Assembly (NCBI GenBank): GCA_004764695.1
Contig: SMSO01000035.1
Coordinates: forward strand, 124,001 to 188,000
From: Schizochytrium sp. TIO01
Lineage: Eukaryota; Protista; Bigyra: Labyrinthulomycetes
Reading direction: 5' to 3'
DNA: 64,000 nucleotides
Part shown: one piece after another, positions 23,441-35,350 of the stretch
Position numbering within the stretch: position 1 is the first letter of the stretch
Layout of the letters: each line of letters opens with the position of its first letter
The notes under the pieces: model-generated
What the model saw: the letters and a program-made list of their open reading frames with translations, nothing else
Database searches by the model: none
What the model was told of the DNA's origin: nothing
Program-made: the position numbers and the translations under genes

Positions 23441-26306
23441 ACTAAATATAACTTCTTGTGCACAGTACGAACCAAACTCAAAGCCGAGGCTCTGGCTAAT
23501 TAGTCCTTGTCTTCTCTTTTTCACTGCTACTCTTCCTGAACGCGAGCTCCAGCCTGCAGACTGACGCTCTCAGTTTACACTGTGAAGTCACGCGACGTGG
23601 CTGGCACCTAGACTTCGCGCTTTCTCGCGTTTGAGCTTCAGACAAGTTTTTGCTACGTGCAGCTGAGCTACAACCTTGGTTGTTCCAGAGGTGCACATAG
23701 TGTGTTGCATCATAATGAAAAAAAAATAAAAATTAAAAATTAAAAAAAAGATCCGTTGGTATTATTCCTGCCTAGTTCTACAGAATACCAGCTGCAAATA
23801 GATTGTCAAGTTTTGGGCTTCAACAGCTTCTCCGCGGTCATGGGACTAGCGGTATACGAATTGGAGAAGTGCAGTGCTGCTCGCTTTGCTCTCCGGCGAA
23901 TGCTATGAACAAATTTAAACTCGCTCCACAGTCCCTTGAATTTTTATCAAAGTATTGGCTGCTGCCCGAATCGAAAGAAGCAATCAGAGGAATCAAGTCC
24001 GCGCGAACGCAGCCTAGGGGAACAAGTCCTTAAAACACTAGAGGCCTCTTCAGGCCATCTGTAGAAGGCAGCAGCGCAAACCAGGCGGCAGCCTTTCTTC
24101 AAGTTGAGTTGACGAATGTTCCGAAGGCGGCAAGCATGCGTTGCTTGAAAACACCAAATCATAATACCCGCCAGGCATAAACTGCGAGGTAGCTTCTCTC
24201 CTGAGGCTCAAAAATCTCCAAAAATGAAGCAGGAACATCAGCGTGCTGCGCGGTTCTTTTGTGACGGTACCTCTGGTTTCTCATGACAATGGCGTGGGTA
24301 CGGGTCCTGCTTCTTTTGGCTCTCTTCCCATTTCCGCTCAGGCGAGAGCCTCGATCTCTTCACGTCTCCAGGCTTCTTGAAAAGAGAAGCGCTTGGAAGT
24401 CGAAGTGAAAGTCTCGCGAGGTCGTGCGATCTTTGCGGATTTCAGGCTCCAGCAGCCGGACCGAAGGATGGTGTTTCTAGCGCCGTCTTCTGAATGGAGA
24501 ACAGGCTTTCCTCAAGCGAAGAGGTTCGAGAAAATCCGATGATCGTAAGCGCCGAAAACTTCGTTCAAGAGTTATCCAGATCGTAGTAGATAGGTGCCGC
24601 CTTAAGACCTGCACTGCACACCGAAGTGAATGCCTTCGATGAACGCCGATCAGACTCGAAGCTGTAATTGCTAGCCTCGACAATCATGGAGTAGCGTGCA
24701 CGCAGTTAACCCTGATCGTCATCGTGTTGTACAACCCGAGTCCTCCAAGTTGCAACACCATGAATGACAAGATTGAATTTATTTACGTAGACCTATGACG
24801 AAAAATAATCAAAAAAAGTACACACCCGGACAGTTTCCATCAGTCCGCAACAGTGGAGGAAAGCACCAGAAACACCTCGCTCTTTGATCCAGCTTGCCCG
24901 ATTTCTGAGGCCTTCTTTAAAGTTCGCTTTAAGTTTCGTACCTACTGCCTACAACTGACTCGGAGCAATTAGCCTTTTTAGAAACCGAGAGCTAGGCTGA
25001 TCTCAAGCCGCACGTTTTCGCTGCCTGCAGTATTGCCTCGGTTTTCTGCGCCCACTCCATAGTAGCGTAGGAGTAGTAGTAGCTATCTGATACTACTACT
25101 ACTACTACTACCTGAGGGATGGCTGATCTTCTTCCTTTGGCCTGAGTCTCAGAGCCGACCTGTACACAGGTCGGCGCATAGCTCTCGCTCCCTACCCCTC
25201 TCACCTGCCTGTGTCTGTCTGTGCCCAGGCCCATGTAATGGTCTGACCTTCAAAGTGTAGCTAGCGAGGCCTTCGACGTAGTGTTCAGCGCCTCTCCATC
25301 TCCGCGATCTCCAATTTGAGCAGCAGAGCCGTCTCTTTCCACCTGTCCAAGAGATTATCCGAATGTATTAGTTCAAGATCTCTTGTATCGTTGACCCAGG
25401 AAACAGAATTTGGGGTCACTACCCCATATTATATTCTACCACCTTCTTCCTCTTTCTAAAAATGTGCGTTCGAATGGGGGGCATCCTGCACGTCCTCTTC
25501 GCCCGAGAGCCTCGCTTTCGTTCTCTTGAGAACGGTGAGGGAAGTGCGTGAAAAAATCTAACTGACTATAGTTTCGTCTATCTCACCTCTAGCAACTTGA
25601 GCACTTAGTATATGGTAAAAACTTTAGCAAGTCCGGCCAAAGTCGAAGAAGTAGGAGGTACCTATGTATGTTTGCATGTATGTATTGCAGCCTTCTGGGT
25701 TGAAGTAAAGAGATTCACTTCGAGGTGACCGATGACACCTTTTGTTTTGTTTTGGATTCAATGCATTTTATTTATTGTGATTCTTTTTCATCAAGAAGAA
25801 TAAAATAAAATAAAATAAAGTAAAATAAAATAATAATATCGACTAGCCTATAAAAGCTCCTACTAAGTGAGTGTCATGCAGAGTAGGTAATTAAATGGCA
25901 CTTGGAGAAAGGAAGAAGTTGGAGAAGCTGTGCTGCACGAAGCTCACCTTTCCTCGGTCTCAGCCCGGCAGTGGAGATCGAGGTAGACGCGAGTGCTAGT
26001 AGGTCCACGCCATCACGATGCACAGGAACTCGAGTTCCTGGTAGAACGATTCTAGGCCAAACTATTACAGTTTCGTCGTCATGGTGATTTGTAAAACCAT
26101 TAGACAAGCTAACATAGTGAGGGTTAGGAAGGGGCATGTGGACCATGATGGTGAAGATCAGGGCTGCAGAAGCAGGCCCGCAAAACTCGAAAGCAAAACC
26201 AAAACTCGAAGACCAAGCCAACAACAACAGAAGCAACCGCAAGCAACTAAGCAACACAAAGTCAAGCGCATTTACTTTGTAGATTTACATTCATTCACTA
26301 GACAAG

Positions 26307-27217
26307 ATGGGTTACCAGGACGAGAACACTCTCTCTCAGCGCGTTGAGGAGGCCAAGGACTTTGTTGCCGACAAGGCCACTGAGATCAAGGACTCCGCCG
26401 CATCTGCCGCCGACTCCGCCTTGGAGAAGGCCGAGGATCTTAAGGACTCTGTCCTCGGCTCCGGCGAGGAGGCCAAGGAGACTGTCAAGGAGAACCTCCC
26501 CACTGACGCCGACCCTCGCGACGCCCAGGACGCTCACCTTGCCACCCAGGAGAAGGTGAACGAGACCGCAGATGATGCCGCCGAGAAGGCCGAAGAGCTC
26601 AAGGAAAACGCTGCCGAGAAGGCTGAAGATGCCAAGGAGAAGGCTGTCGAGCTCAAGGACGACGCCGCCGAGAAGGCTGTCGATGCCAAGGACACCGCTG
26701 TAAACTATGCCCAGGATGCCAGCGAGATGGCAGCTGACAAGGCCGAGGATGCCAAGGAGAAGGCCGTCGAGCTCAAGGACGACGCTGTAGAGAAGGCCGA
26801 GGACGCCAGCGAGACTGCCCACAGCTACGCCCAAGATGTCTCCGCCATGGTGTCTGACAAGACCGAAGAGGCCGCGAGAAGGCTGCTGAGGTTGGTGCCG
26901 AGGCCCGCGAGAACATGGAGAAGAGCCTTGAGGCCGAGAAGGAGAACGACTACATGACCTGGGGCGATACCCAGCAGCAGCCCGTTGACAAGGAGGTCGA
27001 GACCGAGCTGCGTGAGACCATGGCCGAGACTCGCCAGGATATCGAGGATGCTGCCGAGCAGGTCGAGGAGCGCATTGAGTCCTTCGCCGACAGGATTGGT
27101 GAGGTAACCCATGACTTCGTGGAGGCAACCCTCGACGAGAAGAATGACGCTGTTGACAACATGATTTCCCACCGCGACGAGGCACCTAACGCCCAGGACA
27201 TCAGCGAGTACCCGTAA
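26307..27217 (+). CDS. LEA group 3-like/hydrophilin repeat protein (~303 aa) with a 1-nt frameshift near 26875
   Basis: A/E/K/D-rich ~11-mer repeats (AAEKAEDAKEK, AVELKDD) and strong GC3 bias. 'gag gcc gc gag aag gct' lacks one base; restoring it joins ORFs 26307-26957 and 26915-27217. Confidence 0.8.
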
Positions 27218-27399
27218 ATGGCTGCCTGAAGCAGTTCTTTGCGCACAATTTTCAACTTTCTTCCAAGTACCCAATATATGTAGTAAATCTTCACAGCCCA
27301 TTATAGGGTCTGTCATAAATTTTGACAATTTTGATTATCAAATTCCGTTTCTTCAAAGCTTGCCAGGCCACTTGAACCCTAACCACGAATCCAGAATAA

Positions 27400-28241
27400 T
27401 GCATAAAGTACTCAGATGATCACATTTCAAAGAGTTCGCTGAATGGGAAGCACCGCACTATAGCAGTTATGCAATAAGTTGAGCTCAATTTCTTTGAATG
27501 AAAGAATAAAGGCAAAATATCCACCATATCTCTTCACGTGCACGCCCACAGGCATGTCTGTCATCTTAAACTTGGCATTCGCTCTTCTTACAAGCTTCGT
27601 ACATGCGCGACAAGGCCCAGATATTCGAGATCGGGTCACGAGACTGGCACAGAAGGAAATGCAAAATCGCACTCTTTTCTCAAGGCTTCCGTACCTACAA
27701 GGAAAGAAAAGTCCCCCGAACAGGTACCTAATTCCATGCAAGTCGTGTCGCCTTAGCAACGTTTACTTTTGCCTTTCGCATGGAGATACAGTACGCCCAT
27801 AAAATCAGGCACCTGGTGCGCACCACAGTACTATTTTATTAGACCCAGGAATACGCTCATTTCACACCGCGCACAAGGCTGATTGATGGCCGAGTCATTG
27901 AGTGGAAGACAATCCCTTCTCTGTCGCCGCGCTGACAGAATCCTGAGAAAACTGGCCCAAAAGGGGAAAAGCGCCCCAAAACACGCGTACCTTGCGCACT
28001 ACTCAAGATCAAGCCAGAACAAGACTACCCTGCAAAGATTCACCACAACCTTGCACTTCGGCTCTGGGAATACTACCGTGTTATCAATTTGCCTTTAGAA
28101 ACTGAAAACCGCAATTCCCACGCGCCGGAGGCATCCGTTTGCCCTGCCTATCCAAGGGCACTCTTTAAACAACTGGCTTTGCGGCGGTGCGGGTTATTTT
28201 TTTAAGCCGCGGTTGGACCTTACAAGTTTTGCAAATCTTAA
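27400..28241 (+). mobile_element. Degenerate Fanzor2 (IS607/TnpB-derived) element, copy B
   Basis: Across shifted frames: RDKAQIFEIGSRDWHRR, CRLSNVYFCL, LLDPGIRSFHTA (RuvC-I, ~27835-27870), DGRVIEW, LCRRADRILRK, HHNLALRLWEYYRVINLP, then an internal deletion to a H-A-GGI tail. DNA homologous to 35272-36075. The left boundary is approximate. Confidence 0.8.
28170..28241 (+). ncRNA. Putative degenerate omegaRNA scaffold / right end of Fanzor copy B
   Basis: TGCGGGTTATTTTTTTAAGCCGCGGTTGGACCTTACAAGTTTTGCAAATCTTAA aligns to the 3' noncoding tail of copy A, with one hairpin arm deleted. Confidence 0.45.
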
Positions 28242-29003
28242 AGGTTCGTTAGTTATCAAGCGCTTCAATATCCGTATCGTCCTCTTCCTCTTCCTCTCCA
28301 CACGTACACGTTCCGAGAAGAGCAAGCAGACGTGGAGCAGTTCGTATCTAGCGAAACCGAATCAACGCAGCACCATTGACGCATTGGCACTCCGAAGCAG
28401 TTTGGCTCATGACCGACAGCAGCATCAACCTTAGTCGGCCCTCTTGAGATGCCTGAAGAAGTCCATATATATAGCGTCGCGTGCATTCACCATTGACGCA
28501 AACTTACAACAAGTACATGTAATTAAAGCTCCAGGAGCTATAAAGAAATGAACCGATGGCTCCGGGACAAGAAGAATGATACAAGTGCAAATAGAGAGTA
28601 GTTATCAGGAATGGGCCGCAGGCTCCACGTGAAAGAATCTTGCATCGTGGCCTGGCCAACGCTACTGGTGACTACTCGAAAGAGAGCACTTGCGTTCACA
28701 CAATGTATGTAGGTGCATATACCGATGTATCATGCTATAGTGATTATACTCAAGCTGACCGTGGGGTTGATAAGTAGCGGCGAACCCAAGTTTGGGATCG
28801 AGGGGGTTGCTTCAAAGACTCGTACTAACGAAGCAAATCTTCAACGACCAACGAGAACTTACTGGAGGACGAGCTGCTTGCTGGAGGCCAAGGTGCTTGC
28901 CTGGTTTCTTCCTGGTTCACCTGACGGATCGTATACCCTAAGCTCTGGCTTTCTGGGCTAGCTTTGGGTTGTATAAGATTTCACCAAAGCTACGCAAGGT
29001 ACC

Positions 29004-30863
29004 ATGTGGTTTTTGTTGGACCTCTACATCGCCGAAGCGCAACGTTTACTTGGTGTGGACCTGGATATAGACTCCTTGACGCACGAAGCACGAAGGGTTC
29101 TGCTAACTAGAGTGAATGAAACGCTTATTAATGACGTCAGCAGCACGTCTGGGCATCAGGGCAACGCTCAGCTGGTAGACGTCTCAATTCCCAAGCTGAT
29201 CCTGTCAACCTCGCCACTCTTAATCGCATGCTTTGTCTCATGGTTACTCGATCTTGATCTCGCATCTAGCATTGTGGTCTCCTCCTTGCGAACCTTTATT
29301 CAGCTGAGTGTTGTTGGATTCATTCTCGTGCCTATTTTCCAGGCTGGTGTAGATCATTGGTACGTAGTTTTTGCGTATGTCCTCTTCATGTGCTTGCTAG
29401 CTGCACGTGAGGCTACAAGTAGGTCCAAATATACATATAAAGGCCTCTTCCTGTGTGTTCTCGTTGCAATCCTTGTCAATGTTGCCCTAGTTTCTATTTT
29501 TGCTTTTGCAGTGATTATTGAACCAACACCTGTTTATAATCCACAATATGTCATCCCTATTTGCGGCATGCTCCTTGGAAATTGCATTACAGGCATCGCT
29601 CTTTCGTTGAGCTCATTGATCACCAGTTTTGCCGAGCAGCAGGCTGAGCTTGAGCTTATGCTCTGCTTTGGAGGTACTAAGTACGAAGGTAGTGCACGCT
29701 TATTGCGAGAGGCTGTACGCGCCGGGACTATGCCAACATTGAATGGAATGGCAGTTATCGGCTTGATTAGTATACCGGGTATGATGACTGGTCAGGTTTT
29801 AGGTGGTAGCCCACCCCAAGAGGCAGCGCGATACCAAATGCTTATCATGTATTTGATTGCAATCTGCGGCTTCGGTAGTATCCTTTCTATTGATTGGGTT
29901 ACACTTCTCATTGCATTTGATGGTGATCATCGCCTGCGCAGCGAACGTTTTGAGAAAAAGTCAGGTGGTAAAAGAAATGTTCTAACTCGCATGATTGAAT
30001 GCTGCTCAATGGCAATATGCAAGATTTGGGCTTCGTGGATGCATGGCTATAGCAGCGTGGAAAACTCATCTGATCCTGAAAAGGCAACCATAATTTCCCA
30101 ACTGTCGTCACCAGAAAGAGTGGATATTTCTCCTAACCGTATCAAAATTGATGTGTTGAATAGGAAAGCGCATTCAACTTCAGAGGTTCCTGTGTTGCAA
30201 GTTGAAAAGGTGACACGGAGCATTCCCCTGGAACCCGGCAGCCTTCAAAAGCGTGTACTATTCTCTGACTTTGGCATCGCTTTAGGAAAGGGAGAAATTG
30301 CAACAGTGACAGGGCCCAGTGGAGCTGGTAAGTCTCAGTTTCTTCGTTTGGTTGCAGGCCTTGTACCGATGGACAGCGGAAACTTGAGTATAAATGGGCA
30401 GCGACGCACCAATCTTTCGAGCATGATGGTGTGGCGACAAAAGGTGCGATACGTTACCCAATACAAAATTTCTACTCCAGGTACTCCTCAGGACTTCATT
30501 GAGCAAATTGCTCGGCTCGGTGTCAATCGCCGTTCCGCCTTGGCTCCATCGGCCAAAGATATGAGCGATGAGACCCGTAGATTAGTATCGGAGTGGGGCA
30601 TGAGTCGGTCAAGCGTTGACAAGGAATGGAAAGAGCTCAGTGGCGGAGAGGCGCAACGAGTCATTGTGGCACTTGCTATTGCCTCACGTCCTGAGGTACT
30701 CTTACTGGACGAGAGCACCTCCGCCCTCGACCTTGAAGCCAAAAAGCTTGTCGAGGAAAGCATTAAAGTCTTCGCACTGCAGAGCGGCGCCGCAGTCCTC
30801 TGGATCACTCACGACGCGGAGCAAATTACCCGAATTGGAAATGCATTTACAAATACTTACTGA
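29004..30863 (+). CDS. Fused ABC transporter: UPF0014 permease (FetB/YbbM, ALS3/STAR2-like) + ABC ATPase (FetA/YbbL, STAR1-like)
   Basis: N-half has RTFIQLSVVG, PQYVIPICGMLLGN and GLISIPGMMTGQVLGGSPPQEAARYQ (UPF0014 hallmarks). C-half has Walker A GPSGAGKS, signature LSGGEAQR, Walker B VLLLDE and H-loop ITHD. Confidence 0.92.
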   Translation: MWFLLDLYIAEAQRLLGVDLDIDSLTHEARRVLLTRVNETLINDVSSTSGHQGNAQLVDVSIPKLILSTSPLLIACFVSWLLDLDLASSIVVSSLRTFIQLSVVGFILVPIFQAGVDHWYVVFAYVLFMCLLAAREATSRSKYTYKGLFLCVLVAILVNVALVSIFAFAVIIEPTPVYNPQYVIPICGMLLGNCITGIALSLSSLITSFAEQQAELELMLCFGGTKYEGSARLLREAVRAGTMPTLNGMAVIGLISIPGMMTGQVLGGSPPQEAARYQMLIMYLIAICGFGSILSIDWVTLLIAFDGDHRLRSERFEKKSGGKRNVLTRMIECCSMAICKIWASWMHGYSSVENSSDPEKATIISQLSSPERVDISPNRIKIDVLNRKAHSTSEVPVLQVEKVTRSIPLEPGSLQKRVLFSDFGIALGKGEIATVTGPSGAGKSQFLRLVAGLVPMDSGNLSINGQRRTNLSSMMVWRQKVRYVTQYKISTPGTPQDFIEQIARLGVNRRSALAPSAKDMSDETRRLVSEWGMSRSSVDKEWKELSGGEAQRVIVALAIASRPEVLLLDESTSALDLEAKKLVEESIKVFALQSGAAVLWITHDAEQITRIGNAFTNTY

Positions 30864-32727
30864 GTTTGTCACCTTATACATAATTCGAACTTGTCAATCT
30901 CAGAGAAGTCCTATGAACGACAAAGTAAGGTCTTAGGTATTCTACACGTTTATAAGATGTTTCATTACATTAGATATTGAAGAAATATTACTATGGTACA
31001 GTGGTGAAGACTTGTTGACTTGTCGAATGGATGAAGGCTTTAGGTCCTTGTGTTTTCTTGCTCTAAATGAGAAAGTTTGGGGAGAACAAAGGCAGCCAGC
31101 TCTATTGGCTTGATGGCTTTGGCTAGTGCAAGTACTTCGAATATTTTAAAAATAAAATAAAAATAGCTATACTGCTGTCGTTGACACGTTGCCTGACATA
31201 GCATTCACCCTGAGTGACATTAAGAACATCTTATCGTCTGAGATTAAAGATGGTTGCATATGCTATGCCAAATGTATCATGCCGTTTATACTCAACAGGA
31301 TTGGGAAACGCATACATACATATGCGTTGGTCGATGTGATTATCCTAATCCAAGCTATGGGGGAGAATTTCGTCAGGTTTCGAATTCGAAAGCGCGTACT
31401 TGTTGAAAACACAAATGTCGTCTCCGTGGAGTTAATGATTGATTATTGTACATATTCGTGTCATTGTCGATCACTCACAGACGGAGCATTATGAGTGTCG
31501 TGTGAACAGTGGTACTAATGACTTGAATAATCTCTCAAAGTTCTTAGTGCTGCTAGAAATAACGTGGAACCAGATAACTTCATTGCTCCACATGACAATA
31601 TCATTGACCCTATGGTGTTGCGTCTGCGGCTTTCAATTAAAAAAAATTAAAAAATTAATCATTTCCATTGACTGGGAGGGCCAAGTATATCATTCAGTAT
31701 CGCGTTTCAGTCAAAATGCAAGACTTTCTTAGTCAGCTATCGGCAATTTCAAAGAAGACCTATGAGAGCCCCGACATATATTCTCACTAGCCAGAGGGAG
31801 GGTATGATGTAATGCGATATACGACCCATTTCTGGTTTGATACTATATCCGTTTGGATGATCTGGATTGTGCTGTCGAGGAACTTGATCCTTTCATGATT
31901 TCAAGAGCAAATGGGCATCTGTGTGCGTTGAACAGAGACTTAAACCCTTGATGCTGTCAGTAAGTAAGCAATCCTGAAAGCAGACGATAAATCTGAGCAT
32001 AGTTATTTTCGGATGCACAAGTTGAAGTCCCACTATTTTTTACGTTATCTTGGCATTACGCCTACAATATTGAGGAGGTTTGATTCATTTAATTTTTGCT
32101 AATACACACAAGAAAAATAAGTAGAAGAAATGTAGATAGTCTGAGTCCCGATTCTGTTGATGCCATTGCTCGTTCCTGGTCTCTGAATTTAACGCGGAGC
32201 ACTTGTAAAAATAAGATCTGGAGGGTTCATATACATCTTGTCAGTTTCCTGGTGTTCCCCGTGCAGGGTAAAGGCTGAATTATCGTTCAAAGTATCCAGG
32301 AGGGTTTCCTCAATCGATACCTAGTCACTTGGTCTTAGCGACAGCCGCAAGCACGCAGACGGTACGTTCGCGCATGAGTGAGTCATGTAGAAATTTACCC
32401 CGCCTTTTGTAGAGCTCATGTCAAAATACGCGAGGACACATGTATAAATGTCAAACGTCTGAAAATTGATACGTGAACATCGCAGGTGAGAGTAAATCGA
32501 CGGTAAGATACGAGATCCACTGAAAGGGACTAAGGGATAGAATTGAGTAGTGAAGTAGAGACAAGACTAGAAATACAGAACTATATTTCTTTTCGAAGGG
32601 AGGCAAATACGGTCATTGCTGCCGTAGAAGCCATAGGTTACTATTAAAAGGCGTACAACACAACATTGCGCCAACAGTCTATTATCCAGAGGTGGCAACT
32701 CAGTTCTTTGTAATCCCACGTGAGGCT

Positions 32728-33459
32728 TTAAAAAAACCTGTGAATCAAAAGTTGTGCTGTGGTAACGCCCTCTCGACCATGCTTCCAATCCATGAGACAG
32801 TACTTGGGGTTCCACATGACGGCGCTGCGGCCCCAGGATGAAATGCACATGCCAGTTTGGTCAAGGATCATAAGAGTAGGAAAGAAGAAGTCTGAGGCAC
32901 CTAGGGATTCCTTCAGCGTGCTACCAGTGCTCTTATCATCCCAAGCCAATGCGTAAAAGCTGGGGTGTTTGGAAAGGAACGTCATCAAATCTGCCTCTGT
33001 TTGGTCCTGCGAAACATAGAGTACAGAAAATGAGTTTTTGCCCGCAGCAGCAATTGTCTCGAGCCTGTCAGTAAACGCAACACCCTTGGATACAGGGTCA
33101 GAACCCTTGAGACTGGTAAAAAGCACACCCACAAGCTTCTCGCCTAAGGCAATTTCGATGGGGATGCGCGCACCCGTCGAATCAATTACAGTTTTAACAC
33201 CGTAGGTGAAGAGCATGTCAGAGTATGTATTGCCCTCCATATACACCTCATCGCCAACGTCAACCTCCGACATTGGATCAGAGTATGTGGACAGCATGCG
33301 TGCTAAAGGTGGAGGTACAGAGACATGGTCTTCATTTTCAACATCCTTAACGTTTGAATTGTTTGCCTCTGCAGAATCATTTGCAGCCGCTGTGCTTGAC
33401 GAAATATTTTCATTGCTTGAGGGAGTCTCAACCATTGCCACACCTTCTTCGTTCTCCAT
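32728..33459 (-). CDS. Nucleoredoxin/tryparedoxin-like thioredoxin-fold protein lacking the CxxC motif
   Basis: KLVGVLF...FTDRL...FSVLYVSQDQTE...FYALAWDD...FPTLMILDQTG..ISSWGRSAV follows the nucleoredoxin pattern. The track start at 33552 is TTG; first ATG is at 33459. Confidence 0.75.
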   Translation of the reverse strand: MENEEGVAMVETPSSNENISSSTAAANDSAEANNSNVKDVENEDHVSVPPPLARMLSTYSDPMSEVDVGDEVYMEGNTYSDMLFTYGVKTVIDSTGARIPIEIALGEKLVGVLFTSLKGSDPVSKGVAFTDRLETIAAAGKNSFSVLYVSQDQTEADLMTFLSKHPSFYALAWDDKSTGSTLKESLGASDFFFPTLMILDQTGMCISSWGRSAVMWNPKYCLMDWKHGREGVTTAQLLIHRFF

Positions 33460-35271
33460 CTTGGTAATTCGTCCGTGTCCAAGAACAAGAAAATATAAAT
33501 TTAGTACAGTGGGAGCTCGGAACGACCAACTCGTAAATTGACTTGAAGCCAAACTAATCTAGGTCGATGCAATAAGCTCAACCCTGAAGAAGCGTCAAAC
33601 CCACGCGAAGATCCCACTTCGAAGGGAGTTTGAGTCCAAGCTAAGTCTATAGACGGCAAAAGGATGCCGTCAGAGAAAGTGCTAGTGATGACGGCGCCAG
33701 GCCACGCTTCGGAGGGACGCTAGGCTAGCTTTTTTTGGTTTTCTGTTTTTGCCTGGGCGTTCCAAACGAATGGTGTTAACAGTCTGATCCCAAGGAACGA
33801 AGACCTCGGCGACACTGTAGAGCACGTTGGGTCTCGTCGTCAATCAAGCTTTACGAGGGGAGTTTCTTCTTCGCATTTCCTAGTTGTCTTTCTTCATTCA
33901 TTTATTCATCAAGCCCCGATTTCTTCTTTTTCTTTTTTTCCTTTTGATATTTATTTCTGTATCAAATAAACATAAATAAACATATCAACTTTAAACTTGA
34001 CTTTTTATAGAAAAAGAAACAAGAAAAGGTGAAAATGATGGCACATCATTTACGGAAAATGAACGACCCAACCACAAACAAACGAAAACTTTTAAACCAT
34101 CCAACGCGCATCTGTCGACGTGACAGCCGACGTCGTTTTCGATGCATCTCAGAGAGCTCCTCTCTGGCGCCTATTTCGCCATTTTAGTCTCTTTTGCAAG
34201 CAGCCGAAAGAGCTACAGAAAGAAACTCAGCAAAGAAACCTTGCTTTACATACACATTATATCAACTCTGGGGTGGTGAAAAGGGATTCTTCTTTTCTTT
34301 ATATTCTTAAAGTTGATCTTCAAGTTCTTCGTTCTAGAATACAATCCTGAGCAGAAACTGTAGATTGCTCTCTCCAGCGTCGCCAATAATTCCAAGGTGG
34401 GTGGATGCCTCAGTGGCCTGATCTCTGGAGATCTGTCTCTCCAGCACCCCTGGATTTTCTTCGCTGAGACTCCCGAGTTTATAAACTTAGAGGCACTAAC
34501 TATACTCGCTGATAGTAGGTAGATGCTAGCCTAAGGCACCTTAGCATATCGCTACGAGAGGGCGCTGTTTGGGGCAATTGAAACTACCCTCAACTACCAG
34601 TTACTTCTACCAGTTTAATCCTACCTTACTATTTAGGCAGGAAGTAGTCCTATGACAATCCCTCCTTTACTCTGTCTCAAAAGTCTAATTGAAAACTTGG
34701 TCTACTTCCGGATGCAAAAACCAAAAACAAAGGTCAAAAGCCAAGGAGCAAAGTCTGGCGCCAAGTCGAAGGTCTTGAACTTGCGCCAGACGTGCAGAGC
34801 TCGTGATTAAATAAACTCAGGCTGGCTTTGAAACCCCTTTTGCTGCAAAGATCATGATTGTTCACGGGGTTCTGAAGAATTGTTGCAAATGGAAGCACTT
34901 CGATTGACCGACCGTAGCTAGCTAGCTACTACTACTAGATTATGAACTCCAAGCCTGACGACAACGCCTACATTCCGAGCGATCGTGAGGACGAACGTTT
35001 AGTTTGGCTCCCTGAGAGTCGCTGGCTGCACATATATATCAGCAGCCCTCCGTGGCACCGGCGTTGATCGCTTGCTTCGGTTGAATGTTGCAACCAATAT
35101 TTGAAGCAAACAAATATTGTGGGAATGCACCTTTCGCAATATTGCCTTGAAGCTGTAGGCACTAGAGACTTGAGCGCTGGTTTGGGTTATTAGATTAAAG
35201 AGCGTATCATGCTTGCTTTTTGGAGGGCCCTGTGACGCTACGTGTTCCCATGCCACGTAGAGTTTAATCTC

Positions 35272-35350
35272 TTAAATTTGCAAAACTTGCTACGGTGACG
35301 TGGGGCTTAGGCCCGGTCACGGGTTAAAAAATAACCTGCAACAACACAAT
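35272..35350 (-). ncRNA. Putative omegaRNA scaffold / right end of Fanzor copy A
   Basis: On the minus strand directly after the stop: TTGCA, GGTTA-T5-TAACC hairpin, GTGAC(cGGGC-ctaa-GCCCcac)GTCAC nested hairpin, then ...GCAAGTTTTGCAAATTTAA. Conserved with copy B. Confidence 0.5.
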
